The translations under genes were made by a program, and so were the position numbers. A stretch of 54,795 nt of DNA from a virus: IMG/VR virus record IMGVR_UViG_3300045988_094320. One strand, given 5' to 3'. Shown here piece by piece: positions 8,995-17,617 of this stretch. The notes beneath the pieces were generated by a model that saw only the letters and a list, made by a program, of their open reading frames with translations, made no database searches and was not told the DNA's origin. How positions within the stretch are numbered: the first letter of the stretch is position 1; each line of letters starts with the position of its first letter.

Positions 8995-10347
8995 ATGGCA
9001 AGAAAACAATCAAGTACGATATGGTACCAAGGAAATCCACATAAAGAGATATATTTTCAAGGTCATTACCACGACAAGATGTATAAGGGAAGTCAGCTTG
9101 TGTGGGAAAAACTGGATAATGAATATGCCCCAAATAAATTGTACAGAATATATGATTATGCTACTTGGGATAACAAAACATATTGTATCGTTGCGATGTA
9201 TGATTTCAATCCGTCTACCAAAGAGCAAACTTTTGAAGATGTATATATAGCCAAATTTAACAGCGAAAAAATGTGCCTTGACTTGACTTTAAAAGGATTT
9301 TTGACAAGCGATAATTATGATAACTATTATTTGCACGCTTGCAAAGACGGAATTGTTCTAATCGAATGGGATAGCAAATTTTCAAGCACCAATACTGAAA
9401 ACGAACCTGTAATGAGAATTGCAGATTATCCGCTAAGTAAAAATTCTGTATTTAGAAAAATTGAACAGGGAACATTTACAGAGGATACTACAATCTTTGT
9501 TCCAGCTCATACAAGAAAGGATAAATCGACTGGAACACACTATTATGCCCCACAATATGTATTATTTTCTTCTGATTATTATATAAAGCAAACAATAACA
9601 TCTGAAAATCAAGCGGTTATAACCAAATATAACTATGCAAACGAAGTAATTAAGCAATCAACACCTACTGACTATGCAGTAGAAGGCGCAAGGCAATCAA
9701 GAGTAAGAAATGTATTTGAATTGTCAGGAAATAAATATGTAAGTTACGTGACAACATATAATAGCATCAATACATCGATGGAAAATATACGAGGTCTTCT
9801 TGTAGACAAAGAAATATCATCAAAGGTGCAACAAGTGATTGAAGCTACGAGCGATGCTTATTATCAAATAATCAACACAAGCAATATGGGTCTTACTAAA
9901 ATGTGCCAAAAAAGAGTAATGGCGAGATACAAAGATGGCGTAATTTTCTCAGCATTTATATATCCAAAAACCGGAACCGGATCAATGTATGTTACGATCA
10001 GAAATTATATAGGAAAAGTAGACGGCATATCTATGGTAAATACAGATATATCACCTCATTGTTTCGTTACTTCTAAAAACTCTATTATAATGGTTCATTA
10101 CAACGGCAAAATTGCAGATGTATATGAAATAAAAGAAAATGAAATAAAGAAATTTAGCACAGGAATATCTCTGGGAGTTTCATACACGAGCAGAGAAATA
10201 TGGATAGCAGAAGATGAAAATAATTATTATGTAATATCTGATGGATATTACGCGGATTCAAACTATTATGGCTTGATATATGCATTCGACAAAGAAACTT
10301 TAGAATTTAACGGAACTCGTCAAAATATGAAATATAGGTATATCTAA
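8995..10347 (+). CDS. Tail tip/baseplate structural protein, function unknown
   Basis: 450 aa, beta-rich and Tyr/Asn-rich, lying between the hub and fibre genes. Confidence 0.45.
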   Translation: MARKQSSTIWYQGNPHKEIYFQGHYHDKMYKGSQLVWEKLDNEYAPNKLYRIYDYATWDNKTYCIVAMYDFNPSTKEQTFEDVYIAKFNSEKMCLDLTLKGFLTSDNYDNYYLHACKDGIVLIEWDSKFSSTNTENEPVMRIADYPLSKNSVFRKIEQGTFTEDTTIFVPAHTRKDKSTGTHYYAPQYVLFSSDYYIKQTITSENQAVITKYNYANEVIKQSTPTDYAVEGARQSRVRNVFELSGNKYVSYVTTYNSINTSMENIRGLLVDKEISSKVQQVIEATSDAYYQIINTSNMGLTKMCQKRVMARYKDGVIFSAFIYPKTGTGSMYVTIRNYIGKVDGISMVNTDISPHCFVTSKNSIIMVHYNGKIADVYEIKENEIKKFSTGISLGVSYTSREIWIAEDENNYYVISDGYYADSNYYGLIYAFDKETLEFNGTRQNMKYRYI

Positions 10348-10358
10348 AGGAGATCATC

Positions 10359-12338
10359 ATGGCAAATTACACACCGACTTTTACAAAACCATACCCTAGC
10401 GGATGGGTAGATAAGCCGTCCAAGACGACGCCAGTCACAGCGGCAATAATGAACAGTTATGATACGGCTATTGCGGCACTGGAAGCATATCTTAGAGATA
10501 ATGCGATTGATACGGTTACCGTTAGCGTAGAGCAGTTTCCGTCAGACGGAAGGCAATGGCTTGGAACGATTACAGTTGGAAGCAACCAGTATAGAATCTA
10601 TATGCCATCGTTAAAATACGAAAATTCAGTTTCTGATGGCATTAAGATAGGAACTATCACTTTGGGGGAGCAGTCTTTTGATGTTTACGCCCCCACATCT
10701 TCCGCAGGCGGCAGTACCGTATCAGTAGTTCCCAAAACTCTTACTGGCACAAATATTGCAGAAATTACAGTAGACGGCACTACCTATCAGCTTTATGCAC
10801 CTACTGGCGGAAGCGGTAGCGGAAGCACCGTGACAGCAGAAGCTACGCTGACAGAGGGTACACAGATAGGCAAGATTACGATTGACGGAGTTGAAACAAT
10901 CCTTTATGCACCAAATGGCGGCGGCGGAAGCGTTACAGTAGATTCTGCTCTTTCTACAGAATCAGAGAACCCAGTGCAAAACAAAGTAGTAACCGCCGAA
11001 TTGAATAAAAAAATAGAAACACTTGACGATGAATCACAAGCACCCGATGTAGTCAATTTTGATTTAGATTCTGAACTTTCTCTAACTTCTGTCAAAGGTG
11101 TACAGAACAAAGCCATTGCAGAAGAATTTCAGAATTATGCAAACGGCACTAAAGTTGCAGCAAAAGCTAAAGAAGCAGAAACAGCAAAAACAGCTGCAAG
11201 TGCTACAACCGCACAATCAGCCACAACCGCTGAAAGTGCAACAAAAGCCACACGGGATGCGCAAGGAAATGTAATCGACACAACATATGCAAAAAAGACA
11301 GAAATTCCTCAAGGAGCCGTTGTTGATGATGCTTTATCTGCAAGTAGTACTAATCCGGTACAAAATAAAGTTGTAAAAGCTGAGTTTGACAAGATAAATA
11401 GTAATTTAACTGATTTGAAAATGCTTGGTTGGTCAGTACCAAAAGAATGCCCTGTGCAGAATGAAGCGAATAGTAATCAGTTTGTGCAGAAAGTCGGAAG
11501 AGTTGATTTAGGAAGTCAGGCTTGGACTTCAGTTAGTACAAATACTTCATTATATAGTACATCCATCAAAGATATAAAAACATTATCAAACAATATATTT
11601 TTACTTGGGTATTCTGTTACATCATATGATATTGAAACTTCAAAAATGACAAATAAAAATATAAAAATGTCCGGTTTAGATAAACAAGATTTTTATATTA
11701 AAAATGATTCATATACAGATTTGGATTCATTTAAAAAAGCAATGCAAGGTCAATATCTTTATTATGAACTTGCTACACCTATCACACGCACGATTGACGG
11801 AAATGAGGCTATTAGTCAGTTAAATTCCGATTTATCCAATATAAAAGACGGCACAACGCCTTCTGCGAAAGCTTTAGCTGACGAAGATGGGAATAATATA
11901 AAGAGTACCTATGCAAAGAAAACGGAAACATTCGAGATTGTAACTGAAGATGTTAATGTAGTTCTTAACTCCGATTTATTTGATTCTACCTATAGTGATA
12001 TTACCTGTATACGCATTGGAAAACTTTGTGTTCTAAGTTTTACCATACGTGTTCAAAATAATATATCTAGTACCATAGATAAGATTGTTTTAATGTCAAT
12101 AATAGGAACAAAATATCAACCGAAAAAATTAGGTGCTAGTACTAGTAGAAGACAAATCTTTCAGGGATTTGCTGTTGGTAATTATGACGAGAATGGAAAA
12201 CAATCAGAATCTCTCAATAATACGGTAAGAATTATTACAAGTTCGGATAGTAATTATACGCAAATTATTACAAGAGACAAAAATAGAATAAACTGGAGTG
12301 GTTATGTGCAAGGTCAAATAATGTGGGTAACTGATTAA
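10359..12338 (+). CDS. Tail fibre / receptor-binding protein with internal repeats
   Basis: 659 aa with four modules of about 45 aa ending in Y(A/M)P. It has duplicated ALS..S.NPVQNKVV.AE motifs, an Ala/Thr-rich linker and a divergent C-terminal domain. Confidence 0.7.
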   Translation: MANYTPTFTKPYPSGWVDKPSKTTPVTAAIMNSYDTAIAALEAYLRDNAIDTVTVSVEQFPSDGRQWLGTITVGSNQYRIYMPSLKYENSVSDGIKIGTITLGEQSFDVYAPTSSAGGSTVSVVPKTLTGTNIAEITVDGTTYQLYAPTGGSGSGSTVTAEATLTEGTQIGKITIDGVETILYAPNGGGGSVTVDSALSTESENPVQNKVVTAELNKKIETLDDESQAPDVVNFDLDSELSLTSVKGVQNKAIAEEFQNYANGTKVAAKAKEAETAKTAASATTAQSATTAESATKATRDAQGNVIDTTYAKKTEIPQGAVVDDALSASSTNPVQNKVVKAEFDKINSNLTDLKMLGWSVPKECPVQNEANSNQFVQKVGRVDLGSQAWTSVSTNTSLYSTSIKDIKTLSNNIFLLGYSVTSYDIETSKMTNKNIKMSGLDKQDFYIKNDSYTDLDSFKKAMQGQYLYYELATPITRTIDGNEAISQLNSDLSNIKDGTTPSAKALADEDGNNIKSTYAKKTETFEIVTEDVNVVLNSDLFDSTYSDITCIRIGKLCVLSFTIRVQNNISSTIDKIVLMSIIGTKYQPKKLGASTSRRQIFQGFAVGNYDENGKQSESLNNTVRIITSSDSNYTQIITRDKNRINWSGYVQGQIMWVTD

Positions 12339-12355
12339 AAAGTGAGGTATAAAAA

Positions 12356-12604
12356 ATGTCAGCATTAGAAAAAATAACCGATTGGCTCAAACTAGGAAAT
12401 AAGATAATGATTCCAAAAACCTATGCATCTTGTGTATATGACGAGAATGGACAGACAGTAGAAGCGAGAATGAATTATATTCAGCAGCAGCTTGATTCCG
12501 GCGGCGGTGGTCATGATGGTTTTTTGACTTATGGCGGAGTAGGAGTCGGTGGCGTTGCAACTTATCATGAACTGAGTAAGGCTCCAAATCAACCAACATC
12601 ATAA
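12356..12604 (+). CDS. Hypothetical protein (Gly-rich C-terminus)
   Basis: 82 aa track ORF with RBS GTGAGGT, following the fibre gene. Confidence 0.4.
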   Translation: MSALEKITDWLKLGNKIMIPKTYASCVYDENGQTVEARMNYIQQQLDSGGGGHDGFLTYGGVGVGGVATYHELSKAPNQPTS

Positions 12605-12624
12605 GAAAGAGAGGTATATAAATT

Positions 12625-13368
12625 ATGTCAACTATAATGGGACTTGATTATTTGTACTTGATGGAAAGTGTTATAGATTCAACCGGAAAGACAGATTATG
12701 TTGTGGGTGTTAATCCTGCAAAAATTAAAGCCGCTTTAGGGTTAGAGGTAACTCAGCTGGAAGTGGATTCTACTCAATCAGCAGACACAAATTATCCTTA
12801 CAAATATCTAATTCATTACGCAAATAATAACAATGATGGAATTGTTATCCGAGTTTATAAAGGCAAAAATGGTATAATTGTTTCTCCATATGTAAACGGC
12901 GTTTTGAACTATTCAGAAAGTATTTTAAATATTGCATCAATTTCATCTACATCTCAGCTTGTCATGTATTACAAAAAAAGTGACGATTATGTAGTTACTG
13001 GATTTGCAAGAACCACTGATAATGTCAGGCTGCAAGTTGCGTTTATCAACTATAGCAATGTAGGAGACACAGAAAAGCAGAAATGTATCTTATTTTCAAG
13101 AAATGTATCATCAGAATTATATAAATACATTTTGCCGGGCGGAATATATAATTCTGCATCCAATAAGAACTCATCTATATCAAATGATATCGTCGCATTA
13201 TATCCTTTGATTGATGTGACTGGCAGAATAGTGATATACAAGGCGTATATATCGGCGATAAATAAAAGTATTCTTGACACGTTTTATTTTGTGGTTGATG
13301 GGAAAGCATATATATCACTTATTAGTGGTAATGCATCGGCAAATAAGGTTTGTATTCGGATAAATTAA
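12625..13368 (+). CDS. Hypothetical protein, last gene of the late strand block
   Basis: 247 aa with RBS AGAGAGGT. Very AT-rich coding with no recognisable motif. Confidence 0.45.
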   Translation: MSTIMGLDYLYLMESVIDSTGKTDYVVGVNPAKIKAALGLEVTQLEVDSTQSADTNYPYKYLIHYANNNNDGIVIRVYKGKNGIIVSPYVNGVLNYSESILNIASISSTSQLVMYYKKSDDYVVTGFARTTDNVRLQVAFINYSNVGDTEKQKCILFSRNVSSELYKYILPGGIYNSASNKNSSISNDIVALYPLIDVTGRIVIYKAYISAINKSILDTFYFVVDGKAYISLISGNASANKVCIRIN

Positions 13369-13593
13369 CAGCAAACTTAACTTAAGAAAGAAAGGAAAAC
13401 ATATGCACAATTTCCCCAACTTTGCCACAACTTAGTTTCCTGAAAGAGTTGTCGATGAAATTCTCTTGAATCTGCCGAAAAGAAGTGCTATTGTACAAAT
13501 ACGCCTTGCATATGTACGCATGGCGCAATCAATCTCTGGCGCGTGGGCTTGTCCCGACAACAGGCTCACGCATAATGTGTGAAAGGGGAAAAT

Positions 13594-13722
13594 ATGGACG
13601 ATGGAGAAGTCAAAAAACATTACATAAGCGAAATTACAGAAATGATCTCAAAAATAAATGATGCAGGCACTTTAGAGTACCTGCATACATTCATAAAACT
13701 TTTTCTAAAGAAGTGGGGATAA
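13594..13722 (+). CDS. Small hypothetical protein (42 aa), not in the ORF track
   Basis: ATG 13594 preceded by AAAGGGGAA. It encodes MDDGEVKKHYISEITEMISKINDAGTLEYLHTFIKLFLKKWG and is convergent with the repressor gene. Confidence 0.35.
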   Translation: MDDGEVKKHYISEITEMISKINDAGTLEYLHTFIKLFLKKWG

Positions 13723-13724
13723 CC

Positions 13725-14093
13725 TCACTTCTTCTTTTTGGATAGCATAACATCTATCATATCTAAGATAGTCTCTTTGTCTCTTTGTTCGAGAAGAGAT
13801 AATTTCCAAAGCAAATCGATATCGTTTTCAGCTACGCTAGAATTATCTTTTCTCGCTGGAGAAACGTCAAATCCCATAAGCCACGCTTCGGAAACATTCA
13901 ATGCCATTCCTAAAACAACTAATTTTTCTTGACTAGGTTCAAACCTACCGGATACATACTGGCTGATATCCGACTTATTCATTTTCACGCCATATTTTTT
14001 ACAATACGGTAAAGATAAATTGAGGATATCGACTTGCTTCAGTCTTCTTTCTTTCATTATCTGTTTGAGCCTGTCAGATGTTGTTTCTTTCAT
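13725..14093 (-). CDS. CI-like repressor, XRE-family HTH
   Basis: LKQIMKERRLKQVDILNL...SDISQYVSGRFEPSQEKLVVLGMALNVSEAWLMG is an HTH_3 signature. ATG 14093 has a GGAGGAA RBS. The gene is divergent from the Cro-like gene. Confidence 0.85.
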   Translation of the reverse strand: MKETTSDRLKQIMKERRLKQVDILNLSLPYCKKYGVKMNKSDISQYVSGRFEPSQEKLVVLGMALNVSEAWLMGFDVSPARKDNSSVAENDIDLLWKLSLLEQRDKETILDMIDVMLSKKKK

Positions 14094-14140
14094 AGTGCTT
14101 TTTCCTCCTTCCGATATTGAATATACCACATTTCAAACTT

Positions 14141-14183
14141 AAGTTCAATATATAAAACTAAAAAAGTAAAAAACATTGAACTT
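14141..14183. promoter_or_regulatory. Operator-like inverted repeat AAGTTCAAT ... ATTGAACTT
   Basis: 9-nt arms at 14141-14149 and 14175-14183 share the GTTCAA/TTGAAC core with the palindrome at 14224. Confidence 0.5.
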
Positions 14184-14188
14184 TTTAA

Positions 14189-14217
14189 TTGACAAGTACA
14201 TAATGCGGTGCTATTAT
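14189..14217 (+). promoter_or_regulatory. Early rightward promoter
   Basis: TTGACA (14189-14194), 17-nt spacer, TATTAT (14212-14217). Confidence 0.7.
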
Positions 14218-14223
14218 ACAATT

Positions 14224-14241
14224 AGTTCAAGTTGCTGAACT
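14224..14241. promoter_or_regulatory. Operator palindrome AGTTCAAGTTGCTGAACT
   Basis: Perfect 6+6 inverted half-sites AGTTCA/TGAACT immediately downstream of the -10. Confidence 0.6.
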
Positions 14242-14265
14242 AAAACTCAGAAAGGAGAGTATATA

Positions 14266-14490
14266 ATGGCATTTAATTACAGTAGGTTAAGAGGTCGAAT
14301 TGTTGAAAAATTTGGAAGTCAGGCTGACTTTGCAAAAGCGTTCGGTTGCTCAGAAAGAACACTGTCTCTTAAAATGACAGGAAAAAGACCTTGGAAGCAG
14401 GTTGAAATTCTAAAGGCAATTAAATTACTGGAATTATCCAAGGACGATATACAGGAATATTTTTTTGCCTTGGAAGTTCAGGACATTTAA
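14266..14490 (+). CDS. Cro-like / early HTH regulator
   Basis: 74 aa with RBS AAAGGAGAG. GSQADFAKAFGCSERTLSLKMTGKRPW is HTH-like. It is the first gene of the rightward operon. Confidence 0.65.
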   Translation: MAFNYSRLRGRIVEKFGSQADFAKAFGCSERTLSLKMTGKRPWKQVEILKAIKLLELSKDDIQEYFFALEVQDI

Positions 14491-14493
14491 CTT

Positions 14494-14784
14494 TTGCGAT
14501 TATTTCACAGGAAAGGAGTTGAGATATTGAGCAGAATAAAGGTTCGTGCAGTTTCGTTTTTCAATAGGCATTTTGTAAAAAAGAAATTTTTGAACAGTAT
14601 GTTCGTTGTCCCTTTTTGCAAAGACGGAAAAATGTATCTGCACATTTCGCAGGTATGCAGAGACGGAACAAGAGTTGTAAAAAGAACATTCCTCATTGAG
14701 CATTTGGTTGATGATAACTTGGCGGTTACGAACCAAACGCTCGCAGAAGAAAAAAGAGTGTTTAAGAATCCTACATTACTTTAA
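14494..14784 (+). CDS. Doubtful ORF
   Basis: Track ORF with a TTG start and a basic, low-complexity product. Its 3' end overlaps the better-supported minus-strand gene. Confidence 0.2.
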   Translation: MRLFHRKGVEILSRIKVRAVSFFNRHFVKKKFLNSMFVVPFCKDGKMYLHISQVCRDGTRVVKRTFLIEHLVDDNLAVTNQTLAEEKRVFKNPTLL

Positions 14785-14947
14785 TCCATGTAGTGTATCC
14801 GCACTCTTTGCATTCTGGCAACATTTCGCCTGTATGCTTTATGACGATAACTCCATTACTGTTTTCGCCACCGCACTGCATACATACATATGTACCTTTA
14901 TCTACGGTCTCATATGTCTCGAATGTTCCAGAAAAGACGTTACCCAT
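14771..14947 (-). CDS. 58-aa rubredoxin-like zinc-ribbon protein (below the ORF-track size cutoff)
   Basis: ATG 14947 has RBS AAGGAGGTG at 6-nt spacing. It encodes MGNVFSGTFETYETVDKGTYVCMQCGGENSNGVIVIKHTGEMLPECKECGYTTWIKVM and has its own extended -10 promoter. Confidence 0.6.
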   Translation of the reverse strand: MGNVFSGTFETYETVDKGTYVCMQCGGENSNGVIVIKHTGEMLPECKECGYTTWIKVM

Positions 14948-14977
14948 ATTTGCACCTCCTTATTATTTAATATGGAG

Positions 14978-14986
14978 ATTATATCA
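14978..14986 (-). promoter_or_regulatory. Extended -10 promoter (TGATATAAT on the minus strand)
   Basis: Plus-strand ATTATATCA is the reverse complement of TG-a-TATAAT, about 30 nt upstream of ATG 14947. Confidence 0.5.
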
Positions 14987-15006
14987 CAAAAAGGAAGTGA
15001 ATTTAA

Positions 15007-15165
15007 TTGAATGTAGTGACGGATTATTCAGAAAAGGTAAAAGATATCCTCTACCAGCAGTTGAAAATGTTGGCAGAGGAAAGTAGAAAAACGGATAGCG
15101 TAGAAACAAAGCTAAAGATTGCCGCTGAGATAGACAGGATTGCGGACACTTTGCTTAAAGATTGA
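15007..15165 (+). CDS. Possible small helical protein (52 aa, TTG start)
   Basis: Open frame ..NVVTDYSEKVKDILYQQLKMLAEESRKTDSVETKLKIAAEIDRIADTLLKD with AAGGAAG upstream. Not in the track frame list. Confidence 0.3.
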   Translation: MNVVTDYSEKVKDILYQQLKMLAEESRKTDSVETKLKIAAEIDRIADTLLKD

Positions 15166-15177
15166 AAGGGGATTGTC

Positions 15178-15363
15178 GTGACAGGAACATTGATAACACT
15201 AAAAGGAGTGCTCAATACGCTCAAAAGTATTGACGGTACACTGAAACGTATTGAGCAGTCTTTAAATGCAGAGAATCAGCATGTAGTAATCAAAGATGCT
15301 ATTACTCATGCATTCATCGGAGATAAATATAAACCTACAACAGGCAGGAAAGGAGAGGCATGA
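15178..15363 (+). CDS. Hypothetical protein
   Basis: 61 aa with a GTG start and RBS AAAGGGGA. Its stop overlaps the next start. Confidence 0.4.
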   Translation: MTGTLITLKGVLNTLKSIDGTLKRIEQSLNAENQHVVIKDAITHAFIGDKYKPTTGRKGEA

Positions 15364-16157
15364 ACGAATTACAGATTTTTAATTCCGATGTATTCGGAAA
15401 CATTCGTACAACAGAAATTGAAGGAAAACCTTATTTTGTTGCTACCGACATTGCAACAGCGCTTGGTTATGCGACACCTAGAGATGCAATTTCAAGACAT
15501 TGCAAGGGAGTCGTGAAACGCGACACCCCTACATCTAGTGGCGTACAGTCCATGTCATACATAAATGAGGGGGATTTGTACAGGCTGATTATGAAATCCA
15601 AACTTCCGTCAGCAGAGAAATTTGAATCATGGGTAATGGACGAGGTTCTGCCAACAATCCGCAGGCATGGGATGTATGCAACGGAAGAACTAATTGCTAA
15701 CCCAGATTTGGCAATTCAAGCCTTTACAGCTTTGAAAGCGGAACGAGTGAAAAATGCAGAACTGGAAAGCACTGTACAGCAGATGGATAAGGTAATAACA
15801 GAACTGACACCGAAAGCAGACTATGCAGACAGGATTTTATCGTCAAACGACTGCATGACCGTTACGCAGATTGCGCAGGACTATGGCTTATCCGCAGTTT
15901 CATTCAATCGGATTTTGAGCCGCGCAGGTATTCAGAGAAAAGTCGGAGAACAGTGGATTTTGTACGCAGAGTACCAAGGCAAGGGATATGTGCAGAACAA
16001 AACTTACGACTACGAAAAGTCAAACGGAACCACTGGCACAAAGTTATCGACCGTGTGGACGCAGAAAGGCAGGATGTTCCTGTACAACAGGCTGAAAGAA
16101 ATCGGAGTTTATCCAATGATGGAGAAAGAAGAAAGGAGACAATATGAAGGGTTATAA
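15360..16157 (+). CDS. Antirepressor (Bro-N + KilAC domains)
   Basis: The N-terminus LQIFNSDVFGNIRTTEIEGKPYFVATDIATALGY fits Bro-N. The C-terminus MTVTQIAQDYGLSAVSFNRILSRAGIQRK fits KilAC. Confidence 0.85.
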   Translation: MNELQIFNSDVFGNIRTTEIEGKPYFVATDIATALGYATPRDAISRHCKGVVKRDTPTSSGVQSMSYINEGDLYRLIMKSKLPSAEKFESWVMDEVLPTIRRHGMYATEELIANPDLAIQAFTALKAERVKNAELESTVQQMDKVITELTPKADYADRILSSNDCMTVTQIAQDYGLSAVSFNRILSRAGIQRKVGEQWILYAEYQGKGYVQNKTYDYEKSNGTTGTKLSTVWTQKGRMFLYNRLKEIGVYPMMEKEERRQYEGL

Positions 16158-16998
16158 GGGATTTAACAAGGATTTTACTTGCCTTGAAAAACAGTATGAA
16201 GAAAACACTGATTATGAGGAAAACGGAGATGATATTTGTAAACAGGGAGTTATGCATTTTTGCAAAAATCCGTGGGATGTTCTTAATTATTATCCATTAG
16301 TGGATGATAATGGAAACTTTTCAGAATTTGCAGAGGTAGAGGCGGACGGTGATATTTTTGAAAAAGAAAATAAGTGCGCCTCTACAAAATTACATATTGG
16401 TGAAAAGTTAGGATTGAAAGGCTTTATAAAGGCTTGCGTAAATTTTACATTAGAAAAAACAAAATACAATGCTGATTCAAAAGAAGATTTATTGAATGAT
16501 AACGAATGCGATTCCGCAAAGATTGGCAGTAGTGGAGATTCCGCAAAGATTGGCAGTAGTGGAGATTCCGCACAGATTGGCAGTAGTGGAGATTCCGCAC
16601 AGATTGGCAGTAGTGGATATTACGCAAAGATTGGCAGTAGTGGAGATTCCGCACAGATTGGCAGTAGTGGAGATTCCGCAAAGATTGGCAGTAGTGGAGA
16701 TTCCGCAAAGATTGGCAGTAGTGGAGATTCCGCACAGATTGGCAGTAGTGGAGATTACGCAAAGATTGTATCGGAAGGTAAAAATTCTGTTGTTATGGCT
16801 GCCGGATATAATTCTATTGCAAAGGCAAAGGTTGGTAGTTGGATTACTCTTGCTGAATGGGTTCAAACAAACGAAAGATACAAAAACGGAGATCTTATTT
16901 GGATTCCCAAATTAGTAAAAACAGAGTATGTAGATGGAGAACGCATTAAAGAAGATACATTCTACAAATTAAAAAATGGAGAGTTTAAAGAAGTATGA
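16144..16998 (+). CDS. Nonapeptide-repeat protein (N-terminal domain resembles the DUF7666 family)
   Basis: 284 aa. MKGYKGFNKDFTC..YEENTDYEE is followed by about 9.6 copies of GDSA(K/Q)IGSS and then a SVVMAAGYNSIAKAKVGSWITLAEW tail. Confidence 0.7.
   Translation: MKGYKGFNKDFTCLEKQYEENTDYEENGDDICKQGVMHFCKNPWDVLNYYPLVDDNGNFSEFAEVEADGDIFEKENKCASTKLHIGEKLGLKGFIKACVNFTLEKTKYNADSKEDLLNDNECDSAKIGSSGDSAKIGSSGDSAQIGSSGDSAQIGSSGYYAKIGSSGDSAQIGSSGDSAKIGSSGDSAKIGSSGDSAQIGSSGDYAKIVSEGKNSVVMAAGYNSIAKAKVGSWITLAEWVQTNERYKNGDLIWIPKLVKTEYVDGERIKEDTFYKLKNGEFKEV
16510..16767 (+). repeat. 27-bp in-frame tandem repeat, 9 full copies plus one partial
   Basis: The unit gattccgca(a/c)agattggcagtagtgga is nearly identical between copies. 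Variants encode K or Q, and two units are YYA/DYA. Confidence 0.95.
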
Positions 16999-17477
16999 AG
17001 AAACTGTTAGTAATCACATTATCCGTTTTTATATTTTTGCCACAGTCAGTTATGGCAAAGGAAGAAATTGAGCAGACACATATCAGCGTTGAAGCACAGG
17101 TTTCGTGCTACGAGTACGGAGAAATGTATGATATCTGCCCGGAACTTCTTATGGCAATGATTGAAGCAGAAAGCAGTGGAAATCCAAAAGCCGAAAATGG
17201 AGACTGCAAAGGTCTGATGCAGATTTCAGAGAGATGGCACACAGGGCGCATGGCAGAAATCGGAGCAGATGATATTTGGAGTGAAACTGACAATATTCAT
17301 ATCGGCGCAAATTACCTTCACGAACTGTTTAACAGGTACGAAGATGTGGCACTGGTGCTGATGGTTTACAACGGCGAATCTGATGCTGTAGAGAAAGCAA
17401 AAAACGGACATATAAGCGATTATGCGCGGAAGATACTTGACAGAAGCGCAGAGTTAGAAAGATGGAAAGGAAAGTGA
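16995..17477 (+). CDS. Secreted lytic transglycosylase (SLT domain)
   Basis: Signal peptide MKKLLVITLSVFIFLPQSVMA, catalytic motif MIEAESSGNP, and GLMQISERW. Confidence 0.8.
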   Translation: MKKLLVITLSVFIFLPQSVMAKEEIEQTHISVEAQVSCYEYGEMYDICPELLMAMIEAESSGNPKAENGDCKGLMQISERWHTGRMAEIGADDIWSETDNIHIGANYLHELFNRYEDVALVLMVYNGESDAVEKAKNGHISDYARKILDRSAELERWKGK

Positions 17478-17482
17478 TTAGT

Positions 17483-17614
17483 ATGTATATACCACCGTTC
17501 TGGTGCGGTGTAGCCGCAACACTTTTGGCTGAACTTGTAGCAACTATTATTTACGCTGCCGTATCACTAAAAAATGATGATATCAACGATAGCAACAATA
17601 GCAGCGAGGGCTAG
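17483..17614 (+). CDS. Small membrane protein (43 aa), not in the track
   Basis: MYIPPFWCGVAATLLAELVATIIYAAVSLKNDDINDSNNSSEG, with one TM helix. Confidence 0.35.
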   Translation: MYIPPFWCGVAATLLAELVATIIYAAVSLKNDDINDSNNSSEG

Positions 17615-17617
17615 CCT

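Noticed and set aside
8987-9250. 87-aa ORF overlapping the start of the 450-aa tail gene in another frame
   Set aside because: It has no RBS and lies entirely inside a longer, better-supported ORF.
14696-15086. Plus-strand track ORFs 14696..15010 and 14793..15086
   Set aside because: They are antisense to the strongly supported 58-aa zinc-ribbon gene, lack RBSs, and give hydrophobic or odd translations.
16510-16767. The regular 27-bp repeats could be mistaken for a CRISPR array
   Set aside because: The units are directly adjacent with no spacers. They are in frame inside a 284-aa ORF and encode a nonapeptide repeat. No cas genes are present.
16445-16915. Track ORFs on the other strand and in other frames across the repeat (16445..16762 -, 16489..16866 -, 16496..16915 +)
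   Set aside because: These are artefacts of the tandem repeat keeping all frames open. Only the 16144..16998 frame has an RBS, flanking non-repeat domains and operon fit.
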